A DNA stretch of 64,000 bases. Origin: an uncultured bacterium (lineage in GTDB: Bacteria; Chloroflexota; UBA5177; JANWHV01). The notes under the pieces were generated by a model. It was not told the origin of the DNA. It worked only from the letters and a program-made list of their open reading frames with translations, and did no database searches. The stretch is from positions 288,001 through 352,000 of the forward strand of contig CAWHAE010000010.1 of the NCBI GenBank assembly GCA_963827235.1, written 5' to 3'. Each line of letters opens with the position of its first letter. The first letter of the stretch is position 1. Both the position numbers and the translations under genes were made by a program. Positions 30,443 through 40,348 of the stretch are shown in pieces.

Positions 30443-31513
30443 CTACGGCGTGCGTCCGTCGCGGCCGCCGCCGAATCCCCCATACGGGATCCCCGGATCC
30501 CAGGCGCTGGGTGCCGGCGGGACAAACCGATCAAGCGGGAACAGCACCTGGCAATGATGACGGCTCGAGATATAGGCTGCTTCGCACATCTCGAGCGCGA
30601 GAAGTGAGCCATCCGGGATGGCATAGTCGAGCTCGCCCGTCGCGATCATGTCGGCGAGCCGCTCGAGGTGCCGCTGATGGCCTGTCACGGGGAGCTCATC
30701 GGGAGTGATTAGCGTGCCGGAGGGGTGTTCGGCGTTGAGCAGGATGTAGCCGTTCTCCCAGCCCCAGAATTCAATCTGTCCCCGTGTCCCGATCAATCGG
30801 AAAAGCGTGCCCTTCCCGGTCTGATTGACCGCGATCTTGTCGCCGGTCTGCATCACCACCCGCACGCCGCTGCGGGTCTGTCCATAAGTCACGGCAACAG
30901 TCTCCACCTGCATGCCGTCGCGGTACGTACGCGTGCTGGTGTCGCACGCGGCGAGCACGGAATTCACGGGCTCGTTGCCGGTAAGGGCGACAAAGAAGTC
31001 GAGCCAGTGAATGCCGGCGTTGATGATGTCCCAACCAGAGCACTGGATCTCAACGAGCTTCAGCTCGCCAATCGCATCGTTCTGCACGAGGCCGATGATC
31101 TCGAGCGGTGTCTTCTTGGCCAGCAGGTTGTGCGGCACGGCCATGGGAAGTGATCCGGCCTTGATCGCGCTCAGAATGCGCCGCCCGGATTCGACGGTGT
31201 GGCCAAGCGGCTTCTCAACCAGGATGCCTTTGAGAGGCAGCGCAAGCGCATCCAGAGTGATCGCCTCGTGGCTCGGCGGGTACGTGCTCACACACACGAC
31301 GTCAGTCGGACAGGCGGCGAACATGTCGCGATGATCCGTGAATGTGCGAATGCCCGGGTACTCAGTCTGCAGGGCCGCGAGCGCTTCTGGTCGAAGGTCG
31401 GCAGCGGCCACGAGGCGAAAGCGGCTAGAGCGCGCGAGCCCTTGCATGCTGAGGTGCCCGCCGACGCCTGCACCGACCACGCTCGCGCTCAAGGGTTCCG
31501 GAAAGTCTGGCAC
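30443..31513 (-). CDS. Gfo/Idh/MocA family oxidoreductase
   Basis: VVGAGVGG Rossmann motif, DVVCVST, ILVEKPLG, GIHWLD. Confidence 0.9.
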   Translation of the reverse strand: MPDFPEPLSASVVGAGVGGHLSMQGLARSSRFRLVAAADLRPEALAALQTEYPGIRTFTDHRDMFAACPTDVVCVSTYPPSHEAITLDALALPLKGILVEKPLGHTVESGRRILSAIKAGSLPMAVPHNLLAKKTPLEIIGLVQNDAIGELKLVEIQCSGWDIINAGIHWLDFFVALTGNEPVNSVLAACDTSTRTYRDGMQVETVAVTYGQTRSGVRVVMQTGDKIAVNQTGKGTLFRLIGTRGQIEFWGWENGYILLNAEHPSGTLITPDELPVTGHQRHLERLADMIATGELDYAIPDGSLLALEMCEAAYISSRHHCQVLFPLDRFVPPAPSAWDPGIPYGGFGGGRDGRTP

Positions 31514-31642
31514 GACTACTCCTCCTGCCGCTACATCTTCTGCGCGGAGGCTCCGGCGTGCGCTCTGCGCTCAATCGCCACTCCGCGTCCGGCCTTGGCT
31601 TCTGCTTGGCCCGGTTCCGCCAGGCCTCACCTGCCGGCCCCT

Positions 31643-31658
31643 GTGGACACGTGTCCAC
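31643..31658. promoter_or_regulatory. LacI-type operator, perfect palindrome
   Basis: GTGGACACGTGTCCAC, a 16-bp perfect palindrome with central CG, upstream of the Gfo-Gfo-melA operon. Confidence 0.65.
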
Positions 31659-31937
31659 CAGGTTAGCAAAGCAGGGCGCCTTTGTCAATCGGCAAACCTT
31701 TCGATCTCGAGCGGGCCGCGAGCCAACCCCGGGGCGTTCACGCTCGACGCCTAGACTCGCCCTGAGGTGCGATGTGTACCGCGCCCCGGGCAGTCGGCCC
31801 TGCCGGCGGCAACCGCGAAAGTTCCGGGTCGCCATGCCCCGCAACGAGCAGGCCAACCGAGAGCGGAAACCGAATTGACGCGTATTTACCACTATTTAGC
31901 GCGGTAAAGAGCGATTGCTGCGCGGTCTTCGGATGCC

Positions 31938-31966
31938 TTGACAAGCGTTGGCGACTCGCATATAAT
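31938..31966 (+). promoter_or_regulatory. Consensus sigma70/sigmaA promoter for the sugar ABC operon
   Basis: TTGACA (31938-43), 17 bp, TATAAT (31961-66): perfect consensus. Confidence 0.85.
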
Positions 31967-31980
31967 CCTCTCATTCTGTC

Positions 31981-31996
31981 GTGGTCACGCGTCCAT
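31981..31996. promoter_or_regulatory. Second LacI-type operator just downstream of the -10 box
   Basis: GTGGTCACGCGTCCAT matches the 31643 palindrome at 13/16 positions and lies at a typical repressor position. Confidence 0.6.
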
Positions 31997-32191
31997 GGAA
32001 ACGAGAGCACGCGGCAGGTGTGCCTCCGCTCTGGACAGGCATCGGCTCGGACGGTAGGTCGAGTGCTCTGGCCGTGACGCAGAGTTCAGCCAGGATAGTC
32101 GATACTCGCGCCAAGTCGCGGACTGTTCGCAGGCTCGGCTCAAGCTAGCTCCTCGCCAGTCGGACCAGCATGAGTGTTGCGGAGGGTGGAC

Positions 32192-33136
32192 ATGGCTGGG
32201 CTCAACCCTAGTCGACGAGTACGCCAAGTGCCCACCGGCGCAGATGACGGGGCAGTGGGAGCGCTGGCACGTCGGGATGCTATTACCGGCTTGGTCTTCC
32301 TTACTCCGAATCTGATCGGGCTCTTCCTGTTCGGCGTATTCCCCCTCATCTTCGTGGCGTTCATCAGCTTCACCCGATGGAGCGACTTCAGCCAGGCGCC
32401 GCACTGGATCGGCCTGGCTAACTATGGCTCGCTCAAAGACGATCCCATGTTTTGGAACGCCATCTGGCGAACCGTCGAATTCGTCATGCTTGTCATCCCG
32501 CTGCAAACGCTGGTCTCAATCCTGATGGCCATCGCACTCAATCAGCGCTTGCCGTGGATGAGGCTCTACCGGCCGCTGTTCGTAATCCCCTGGATCACGA
32601 CGCCCGTGGTAGTCGGCTTCATGTGGAGATGGCTCTACCAGAATGATTTCGGCCTGATTAATACGGTGCTCACCGACATCGGCTTGCCAAGCCCGGACTG
32701 GCTTACCGACGACTTCTGGACGCCGCTCTCCATTGTAATCGTGACGGTATGGCAATTCGCCGGCTACAACATGCTCTTCCTTCTCGCGGGGCTGCAAGGC
32801 ATACCGGATCACCTGTATGAAGCCGCGGCGATTGATGGGGCTACCGGATTTCGGCAGCATATCCACGTTACCCTGCCGATGCTCAAGCCGGTGATTTACT
32901 TCACGATTGTCACGTCCGTTATCGGGTCCTTCCAGATATTCGACGTGGTATACAACCTGTTCGCCGGCCAACCACCCGACTCGGTTCGGGTGTACTACTT
33001 CTACCTCTACCAAAAAGCGTTTGTCTACAGCGGCACCATGGGCAGTGCCTGTGCCATGGCCGTCGTCCTGTTCGTCATACTGGTGGGCGTTACATTGCTC
33101 CAGGCGAGGGTATACGGCGAGAACGACATTGTGTGA
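32192..33136 (+). CDS. Carbohydrate ABC transporter permease (MalF/UgpA-like)
   Basis: WIGLANY, FGLINTVL, EAA motif AGLQGIPDHLYEAAAIDGA, IGSFQIFD. Confidence 0.95.
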   Translation: MAGLNPSRRVRQVPTGADDGAVGALARRDAITGLVFLTPNLIGLFLFGVFPLIFVAFISFTRWSDFSQAPHWIGLANYGSLKDDPMFWNAIWRTVEFVMLVIPLQTLVSILMAIALNQRLPWMRLYRPLFVIPWITTPVVVGFMWRWLYQNDFGLINTVLTDIGLPSPDWLTDDFWTPLSIVIVTVWQFAGYNMLFLLAGLQGIPDHLYEAAAIDGATGFRQHIHVTLPMLKPVIYFTIVTSVIGSFQIFDVVYNLFAGQPPDSVRVYYFYLYQKAFVYSGTMGSACAMAVVLFVILVGVTLLQARVYGENDIV

Positions 33137-33229
33137 GGCGCACGGGTGCATGTTCCGGCGGACCAGCCCTGCCGGGGTGTCGTGCAGCCGCGGCCTGATA
33201 ACCGCCTGTTGTGGGATCGAGGAGCCGCG

Positions 33230-34153
33230 ATGGCAATGGATGGCAGTGCTGACGTCCTGACGAGCGTCACGGCGGAGATGCGGGCTGCGCACCGTCGTTA
33301 CAGAAACCGGAGGCGGCTCGTCCGTTTTGGACGGAACACGATCATCTACGTCGTGATGACCGTTGCGGCACTGGTCTGTCTGGTGCCGTTCATCTGGATG
33401 CTGCTGTCGTCGTTCAAGGACTCCAACGCGATCTTTGACATCCCGCCTGACTGGCTGCCGCCGAGCCCGACCATACAGTCCTACTTGAATGCCTGGAACA
33501 GCTACCCGCAGGACGGTGGCATGTTCGGCCAGTGGTATGTCAACACGGTGCTTCTGGCATCGGTGTGGACGATTGCCAACGTCCTGTTCTGTTCGTTGGC
33601 CGGCTACACGTTTGCCCGCATCCGCTTTCGCGGGCGCGACACGATATTCATGGGCTATCTCGGCACGCTGATGATCCCGCCCATCGTGACGATCATTCCC
33701 CAGTACATCATGGTCAGCAAGCTGGGCTGGGTAGACAGCTACCAGGGCATCCTGTTACCGGGCCTGCTCGGCAACGTGTACGGTACGTTCCTGATGCGCC
33801 AGTTCTTCAGCACGCTGCCCGCCGAGCTGGATGAGTCCGCGCGTATTGACGGAGCCGGCCGGCTGCGTATCTTCTTCCAGATCGCCGTGCCGCTGTCGCT
33901 GCCCGGCGTCGCCACGCTCGCTGTGATCACCTTTGTCAACAGCTGGAACAACTTCCTCTGGCCGCTGCTGGTGACCAATAGCGAAGGCAAGAAGCTGATC
34001 ACGGTTGGCTTGCTAGACTTCTTCGGCCAATCCAATACCAACTGGGCAGATGTGATGGCCGGATCAACACTCGCCGTGTTGCCGCTGGTAGTGCTGTTCT
34101 TTTTGATGCAGCGCTTCATCGTGCAGGGTATCCAGTTCACCGGGCTGAAGTAG
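33230..34153 (+). CDS. Carbohydrate ABC transporter permease (MalG/UgpE-like)
   Basis: PFIWMLLSSFK, FLMRQFFSTLPAELDESARIDGA, WNNFLWP, QRFIVQGI. Confidence 0.95.
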   Translation: MAMDGSADVLTSVTAEMRAAHRRYRNRRRLVRFGRNTIIYVVMTVAALVCLVPFIWMLLSSFKDSNAIFDIPPDWLPPSPTIQSYLNAWNSYPQDGGMFGQWYVNTVLLASVWTIANVLFCSLAGYTFARIRFRGRDTIFMGYLGTLMIPPIVTIIPQYIMVSKLGWVDSYQGILLPGLLGNVYGTFLMRQFFSTLPAELDESARIDGAGRLRIFFQIAVPLSLPGVATLAVITFVNSWNNFLWPLLVTNSEGKKLITVGLLDFFGQSNTNWADVMAGSTLAVLPLVVLFFLMQRFIVQGIQFTGLK

Positions 34154-34336
34154 GACTGCCCTGCCGCGGTCACGCGGGCTGGCGCGACGCGGGCTCGGAT
34201 ACGCCGGCGGCAGCGGAATACTGCCCGCGGAGAGAAGGGAGGGGGTGGTAGATCGCCGTATCGGTACTGAACGTGAGTTGTCACTAATGGTAATGACAGA
34301 GGTTCATGACCCAACAGTGTGACGGAGAAACATCTG

Positions 34337-35758
34337 ATGTCCAACCCCGAAGATCGTGACCAGCGTGAGCTGACACCCGACCCCGAGAAGGAAGCGTGGC
34401 GCCGCCGTTCCAATCGGCGCGAGTTCCTGAAGAAGAGTGGCGTCGTGCTGGCTACCAGTGCCGGTGTACTGGGCAGCCAGGGCTGGGTCGGGCCGCGAGG
34501 CGTGGAAGCAGCGAACACGGTGAACCTGCGCTACACGCTCTGGGATCCCAACCAAGAGCCGTACATGAAGCAGGCGATCAAGCAGTTCACCGACGTCAAT
34601 CCCAACATCAAAGTCTCGGTTGAGCAGTACGACTGGAACCACTACTGGACGAAGATTCAGACCGAGACTGCCGGCAGGAACGCCGCCGACATCCAGTGGG
34701 CACACGTGTCCTGGTGGCCGGGCTGGATGGCGCAAGGCGGCTACTATCTGAACCTGAGCAAGTACATCACACGAGACAAAATCGATCTCGGCATGTACTT
34801 CCCGCAGCTCGTAAACATGTGGAAGGTAAACGGTCAGGAAACGTCTCTGCCCAAAGACTGGGATACCATCTGCGTGTACTACAACAAGAGTCTGCTCTCG
34901 AAGGCAGGCCTGCCCGAGCCGCCCTCCAACTGGTCCTGGAATGCCAAGGATGGTGGCGACTACATGAAGTACATTCTGAAGCTGACAGTCGACAGCAGCG
35001 GGAAGACCGCGGCGGACAGCGGCTTCAACTCCGGCAAGGTCAAGCAGTACGGCATCGATTCCTGGAACACAATTCAGGAGTGCTGGTTGAACTTCGTCTG
35101 GATGAACGGCGGCAGCGGCCTGCTCAAGGGGCCATACAGCAACGTGGTTACGATTGATGAGCCGGAGGCCATTGCGACGTTCCAGTGGCTGCACGACTTG
35201 AACTTCACCTACCATGCATCGCCTCCGGCACAGATCTTCGTCACCGAGAATGGCGAAGAGCCGATGTTCGCAAACCAGAAGATGGCCATGGCCACCAAGG
35301 GCTCCTGGAACAACAATTTCTTCTCCACGTCGATAAAGAATTTCAACTGGGGTGCGGCCTACTTGCCCACCGGTCCGGCGGGCCGTATCAGTACCTTCAA
35401 CGGCTTGTCGCACGTCGTCGCCGCCAGCACACAGCACCCGGAGGAGGCATGGCAGCTGGCCAAGCACATGGACAGCGTGCAGGCTCAAACGCTTATCACC
35501 AGCGCAGGCGTCGTATTCCCATCCATCAAGTCGTTGACCGGTGACTACGTCAAGGCGTTCAACGGCCGAAATCCCACGGGCGTCCAGCACTTTGTCGACG
35601 AGACGGCGCATACCCTGCCGTGGCCGGTGCATCCCAAGTGGACCCAGATCTTCGACGCGGTCAACACCTCGTTGAACACGTTCTGGAATACTTCCGGTGC
35701 GAAGGCGAGTGACGCCATACCGGCACTCGGGAAGAAGCTTCGCTCGATCGTCGCCTAA
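34337..35758 (+). CDS. Sugar ABC transporter substrate-binding protein with Tat signal
   Basis: SNRREFLKKSG twin-arginine motif; NPNIKVSVEQ, YYNKSLLSKAGL, STQHPEEAW. Confidence 0.93.
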   Translation: MSNPEDRDQRELTPDPEKEAWRRRSNRREFLKKSGVVLATSAGVLGSQGWVGPRGVEAANTVNLRYTLWDPNQEPYMKQAIKQFTDVNPNIKVSVEQYDWNHYWTKIQTETAGRNAADIQWAHVSWWPGWMAQGGYYLNLSKYITRDKIDLGMYFPQLVNMWKVNGQETSLPKDWDTICVYYNKSLLSKAGLPEPPSNWSWNAKDGGDYMKYILKLTVDSSGKTAADSGFNSGKVKQYGIDSWNTIQECWLNFVWMNGGSGLLKGPYSNVVTIDEPEAIATFQWLHDLNFTYHASPPAQIFVTENGEEPMFANQKMAMATKGSWNNNFFSTSIKNFNWGAAYLPTGPAGRISTFNGLSHVVAASTQHPEEAWQLAKHMDSVQAQTLITSAGVVFPSIKSLTGDYVKAFNGRNPTGVQHFVDETAHTLPWPVHPKWTQIFDAVNTSLNTFWNTSGAKASDAIPALGKKLRSIVA

Positions 35759-35780
35759 CATACACTGCCGACTCTACCCA

Positions 35781-35817
35781 GGGGGCAGGGTTCGTGGGGG
35801 TTCACGGACCCGCCCCC
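35781..35817 (+). terminator. Hairpin after the substrate-binding protein gene
   Basis: GGGGGC-A-GGGTTCGTG...CACGGACCC-GCCCCC imperfect stem, weak T tail. Terminator or mRNA-stabilising stem. Confidence 0.5.
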
Positions 35818-35975
35818 TGTGCGGATACTCTAGATAGATCAACTGCGGTATTCAGCGATGAGGCGGTACATGTCGCCCAGCATGTTGTGCTAAGTCTGCC
35901 GTACCGGAGATTGGCCAGGACGCCGGTGTGCCGCGAGTGCATGACAGCCTGAGGCTTAAGGAGCACTTATTCAGC

Positions 35976-37583
35976 ATGGGTAAGCTGTTGGTCCACGATC
36001 AAGAAGCACGAGAGGCATTGCAACGCGGTATCAACACGCTGACGCGCGCGGTGCGGAGCACGCTCGGGCCTAAAGGCTGCAACGTCGCGCTCGGCAAAGC
36101 GGGCGGACCACCACTCATAACACATGATGGCGTAACGGTTGCCGAGGACATCGACCTCAAGGACGTGCTCGAGAACATGGGCGCTCAGCTGCTGAAGGAA
36201 GCGGCGAGCAAGACGAACGAAGCAGCCGGAGACGGCACTACCACGGCCACCGTGCTGGCCAACTCTCTCGTCAATGAAGGCTTGCGGGCGGTCGCGGCAG
36301 GCGCCGACCCAGTGATCCTCAAGCAGGGAATCGCCGCGGCCACCGCCGCTGTGGTTCAGCACGTCCGCGAGCACAGCAGGCCAGTGGCGGAGCAGAGCGG
36401 CATCGCGGAAATTGCCAGTATTTCGTCCGCGGATCGGGCCATCGGAGCATTGATCGCAGAGGTGCTGCAGAGGGTGGGCGCCGACGGGACTATTACCGTG
36501 GAGGCCGGCAATCGAACGAGCACGGAGGTCAGGTACGTGGAAGGCATGGAGATCGAACAAGGGTTCGTCTCCGCGCACTTCATCACCGATGCGGAGCGGC
36601 GCCAAGCGGTGATCGAAAACCCCCTGGTCTTTGTTACGGATCGAAGACTCACCACTATCGACGATGTGGCGCCACTGCTGGAGATATTGGTCACGGCGGA
36701 CAGGCGAGATGTGCTCATCGTCGCCGACGACGTCATCGGCGATGCCCTTGCCACTCTGGTGGCAAATACGGTGCGTGGCGTGATCCGGTCAGTAGCGATC
36801 AAGGCTCCGTTTCTCGGCGAGAGGCGTTTCGACATACTCATGGACATTGCCACGCTCACGGGCGCTGAGCTGTACAGCACATTGAGCGGCCGCCAGCTCG
36901 ACTATCTCGCCTTCCGCGACCTTGGCTCGGCCACACGCATCATGTCGAATGCGGATACGACCGTGATCGTGGGCGGTGGCGGCTCGGCGGACGCAATACG
37001 CTCCCGGATCAACGCGCTCAAAGTCCAGCTCAGCACGGCAACTAACTTCCACGTGCGCGAACGACTTGAGCAGCGAATCGGCAAGCTGTCCGGCGGCGTG
37101 GCGGTCATTCACGTCGGGGCTTCCAGTGAGGTTGAGATTAAGGAGAAGAAGGCCCGGATAGAAGATGCCCTTGCCGCCGCCCGCGCTGCGGCGGCAGAAG
37201 GCGTCGTTCCCGGCGGTGGAGTGGCCTTGCTCAATGCCACCGCGGCCCTGGACCACCTGGATGCAGAAGGGGATGCCAGGATCGGTGTGAGTCTGCTGCG
37301 CCGTGCCTTGGAGGAGCCGGCGCGCCAGATCGCGCTGAACGGAGGAGGAGACGGGTCCGTAGTCGTAGACGCTATCCGAGCACGACAGGCCGCCGCCCAA
37401 AACAATAACATTGGCTACAACACTATCACCGACGCGTACGAGGATCTTATGGACTCAGGTGTCATAGATTCCGCAAAGGTCACGCGCATAGCCCTGGAGA
37501 ACGCCTCGAGCATCGCGCAGATGGTGCTGACCACGGAGACGCTTGTCGCCGAATGCCGGGGAGCAGCCGGGGCTAGGCCATAG
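35976..37583 (+). CDS. groEL: Chaperonin GroEL (Cpn60) paralogue, no adjacent groES
   Basis: TLGPKG, ITHDGVTVA, AGDGTTTATVLA, KLSGGVAVI.VGA, EKKARIEDAL, GVVPGGG, KVTRIALENA.S. No GGM tail. Confidence 0.95.
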   Translation: MGKLLVHDQEAREALQRGINTLTRAVRSTLGPKGCNVALGKAGGPPLITHDGVTVAEDIDLKDVLENMGAQLLKEAASKTNEAAGDGTTTATVLANSLVNEGLRAVAAGADPVILKQGIAAATAAVVQHVREHSRPVAEQSGIAEIASISSADRAIGALIAEVLQRVGADGTITVEAGNRTSTEVRYVEGMEIEQGFVSAHFITDAERRQAVIENPLVFVTDRRLTTIDDVAPLLEILVTADRRDVLIVADDVIGDALATLVANTVRGVIRSVAIKAPFLGERRFDILMDIATLTGAELYSTLSGRQLDYLAFRDLGSATRIMSNADTTVIVGGGGSADAIRSRINALKVQLSTATNFHVRERLEQRIGKLSGGVAVIHVGASSEVEIKEKKARIEDALAAARAAAAEGVVPGGGVALLNATAALDHLDAEGDARIGVSLLRRALEEPARQIALNGGGDGSVVVDAIRARQAAAQNNNIGYNTITDAYEDLMDSGVIDSAKVTRIALENASSIAQMVLTTETLVAECRGAAGARP

Positions 37584-37669
37584 GGCCTCGCAACGTCGGT
37601 GCCGGCCCACGGGCGTGGTCCACAGCAATGCACACCGGCCGATTGGCAGGACGGAAGAGGGTGGGACTG

Positions 37670-38707
37670 GTGGTCACCAGCAACGATGTCGCGCGTCTGG
37701 CGGGAGTCTCCCGAGCCACCGTATCCCGTGTGCTCAACGGCTCGGAGCATACGAGCGCTGAAGCGCGCAAGCGTGTAGGGGAGGCAATTGCGCAGACCGG
37801 CTACGTGCCGGACGCTACCGCCCGCAGCCTCGTCGGGCAGCGCTCGCACACGATTGCGCTCAGTCTCTTCTCCACTGACGCGCAGCATATGCTCTCGTAC
37901 TTCGCCCGAGCTTCCAATTTCTTTTACCACGATTTGCTCGGCAGCGTCGAAGCGGAAGCTTCCGAATCCGGTTATGACATCCTGCTCATGCCGCGTAAGC
38001 ACGACTCGGCCGCCAGCTTCGTACTCGCCGTACGTGCCCGCCGTATCCTCGGCGTGATCATGATGGGGCCAGACCTGTCGGACGAGCGTATCGCCGCCCT
38101 GGGAGAGTCGGGCATACCTACCGTGTGCGTCGACGCACGCGTGCAGGGACCGCGCATGACCTACGTCGAAACGGACAAAATCAGCGGCGCCCAGCAGGCA
38201 ACCTCCCACCTGCTCGACCTCGGCCACCGACGCATCTCCTTCATGGGCGGCCCTAGTGACTCGGTCAATAGCGGCCAGCGGGAGCTCGGCTATCAGCAGG
38301 CCTTCGTCCAGCGTGGGTTGCCCTTCGACGCGTCGCTGGTTCGTCACGCGGGCTATGAGACCGAGGACGGGTATGTCAGCGCCACGAAGCTTCTCTCTGA
38401 GCGCACTGATTTCACTGCCATCGTGGCAGTGAGCGACATGGTAGCGATTGGCGTGCTGCGAGCCTTGTACGATCGCGGCCTGCGGGTGCCCGACGACATG
38501 TCTGTGACGGGATTCGACGACAACATCCTGGCTGGCTACACCATTCCGCCCCTTACCACCGTACGTCAGGACACGCTCATTCTGGGCAAGGGAATCGTGT
38601 CGCGGCTGCGCACCGTCATCGAAGGAGTAGTTGGGCCTCTGCCCCTGATCGTGCCCACCCGGTTGGTCGTGCGGCAGTCAACAGGTCCGCCGCGGGCGCT
38701 CGAGTAG
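37670..38707 (+). CDS. LacI-family transcriptional regulator
   Basis: VTSNDVARLAGVSRATVSRVLNG, HLLDLGHRRI, GLRVPDDMSVTGFD, PPLTTV, LVVRQST. Confidence 0.95.
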   Translation: MVTSNDVARLAGVSRATVSRVLNGSEHTSAEARKRVGEAIAQTGYVPDATARSLVGQRSHTIALSLFSTDAQHMLSYFARASNFFYHDLLGSVEAEASESGYDILLMPRKHDSAASFVLAVRARRILGVIMMGPDLSDERIAALGESGIPTVCVDARVQGPRMTYVETDKISGAQQATSHLLDLGHRRISFMGGPSDSVNSGQRELGYQQAFVQRGLPFDASLVRHAGYETEDGYVSATKLLSERTDFTAIVAVSDMVAIGVLRALYDRGLRVPDDMSVTGFDDNILAGYTIPPLTTVRQDTLILGKGIVSRLRTVIEGVVGPLPLIVPTRLVVRQSTGPPRALE

Positions 38708-38856
38708 GCGGTCCTTGCTGGATAGTCGCGGCAGGCACGCCGCTCGCCCTGGAGCGAGGCTGCGTGCTCGCGGGGTTCGGCCGTGCCACCGCTGAGCGTT
38801 TGCCTGCTGGCTCGGGTGTGACCGGCCATCGGAACGAGGAGCAAGGAGGTGGCCGG

Positions 38857-40290
38857 TTGCGATCGAGGTTGCAAGCTGCAATTCTTCGACACGGTTCCGC
38901 CCAATGGACAGTGCTTGGCCTGTGCATCGCGATCGGCTTGGCTGCGCGATTGGCGATCTATCACGTCGAAACTGACGACTACAAGTACTTTGTAAGCCGC
39001 TGGTACGAGTTCATATCACAGAACGGCGGATTCCACGCGCTCAAGTACGACCTTTCCAATTACAATCCGCCCTATCTCTATCTCCTCGCCCTGGCAACAT
39101 ATCTACCCCTCTCGGAGCTGGTCGCGATCAAGTCGATCTCTGTTATATTCGATGTCCTACTTGCCTTCTTCACCTACCGGATTCTCAGCCTGAAGTACAG
39201 GCAGAGAGCAGTACCTATCTTCGGCGCCGTGGTCGCATTCCTGGCCCCAACAGTGATCATCAACGGCGCGGCTTGGGGTCAGTGCGATGCCATCTACACG
39301 GCCTTCTGCCTGGGCAGTCTCTACTTCATGCTTCTCGAGAGACCTGTGTGGGCCTGCATCTTCTTTGGCCTGGCGGTCTCATTCAAGCTGCAGGCGATCT
39401 TCTTCTTGCCGGTGCTGGCAGTGCTGCTGCTGCGCGACAGGAAATCGGCACTCTCCGTCGTCTTCGTTCCGCTCACGTGCGCTGTGCTGCTGCTTCCGGC
39501 AATTGCTGAGGGGCGGGACGTTCAGAGCTTGCTGCGCATCTACGTAGATCAAGTGGAAACCGGCGGTATGACGCCAGTGAGCATGCCGCGAACCGCGCAG
39601 CCGCCGGGGCCAGCAAGCAACTTGTACCACTTGAAGAGCAAGTCACTCGTCGGTACGCGCCCCGGCGATGCACTTGGCCGACCGCCCAGCACCAGATTTG
39701 GCGTAGGAAGGCCTCCAGGTGCTGGACCTGAATTCCCGCCCTTCGGTGTCCGCGACGCTGGCGCCGGAGGAGGATCATATCACTTCCCGCCGTCGGCGTT
39801 CACGTTCAACGCGCCGTCGTTCTACCAGTGGATCCCGATCGACTGGCCCGCCTACTGGAAGTGGATTGGCGTAACGCTGGCCGGGCTCTACACCGTTGCT
39901 CTTGGTGCCATTGCCTTCTTGAACAGGAACAGACTCAGGCGCGACATCATCATCACAGCGGCACTGCTGTCGGTCGTGGCGATACCGTTCTTGCTTCCAA
40001 AGATGCACGAGCGGTACTTCTACACCGCCGACGTCCTCTCGATAACCTTTGCATTCTACTTTCCACGCTACTTCTTAACGGCCGCTATCATGCAGCTTTC
40101 GTCGCTGCTAAGCTACGCACCCTACTTCTTCAATCACGATGCGCCTCCAGCGTATCTCCCCTTCGTCTCGCTTGCCGTGCTCCTCCTCATCTTCGTTCTG
40201 GTGATCAAGCTGCTGACATCCCTGTACCCTGATCGCCTTGCTTTGATCCGTCCGCGCCCGCGACTACGAAAGCGGTTAACATGGCCGTGA
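38857..40290 (+). CDS. Integral-membrane GT-C glycosyltransferase (GT87/mannosyltransferase-like)
   Basis: TDDY..F..W, NYNPPYLY, IKSISVIFD, AWGQCDAIY, SFKLQAIF, NAPS.Y, PKMHERYFY. TTG start after RBS AAGGAGG. Confidence 0.8.
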   Translation: MRSRLQAAILRHGSAQWTVLGLCIAIGLAARLAIYHVETDDYKYFVSRWYEFISQNGGFHALKYDLSNYNPPYLYLLALATYLPLSELVAIKSISVIFDVLLAFFTYRILSLKYRQRAVPIFGAVVAFLAPTVIINGAAWGQCDAIYTAFCLGSLYFMLLERPVWACIFFGLAVSFKLQAIFFLPVLAVLLLRDRKSALSVVFVPLTCAVLLLPAIAEGRDVQSLLRIYVDQVETGGMTPVSMPRTAQPPGPASNLYHLKSKSLVGTRPGDALGRPPSTRFGVGRPPGAGPEFPPFGVRDAGAGGGSYHFPPSAFTFNAPSFYQWIPIDWPAYWKWIGVTLAGLYTVALGAIAFLNRNRLRRDIIITAALLSVVAIPFLLPKMHERYFYTADVLSITFAFYFPRYFLTAAIMQLSSLLSYAPYFFNHDAPPAYLPFVSLAVLLLIFVLVIKLLTSLYPDRLALIRPRPRLRKRLTWP

Positions 40291-40348
40291 TGCTGTGGGC
40301 GCGGGCGGTTAGCTCGCGGCGGACACCGCAAGAAAGGATGCCCGTGGC

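Noticed and set aside
34304-35761. Long antisense ORFs (for example 34304..35761 -, 19198..20544 +, 44864..46069 -)
   Set aside because: Shadow ORFs opposite well-supported genes, expected in high-GC DNA.
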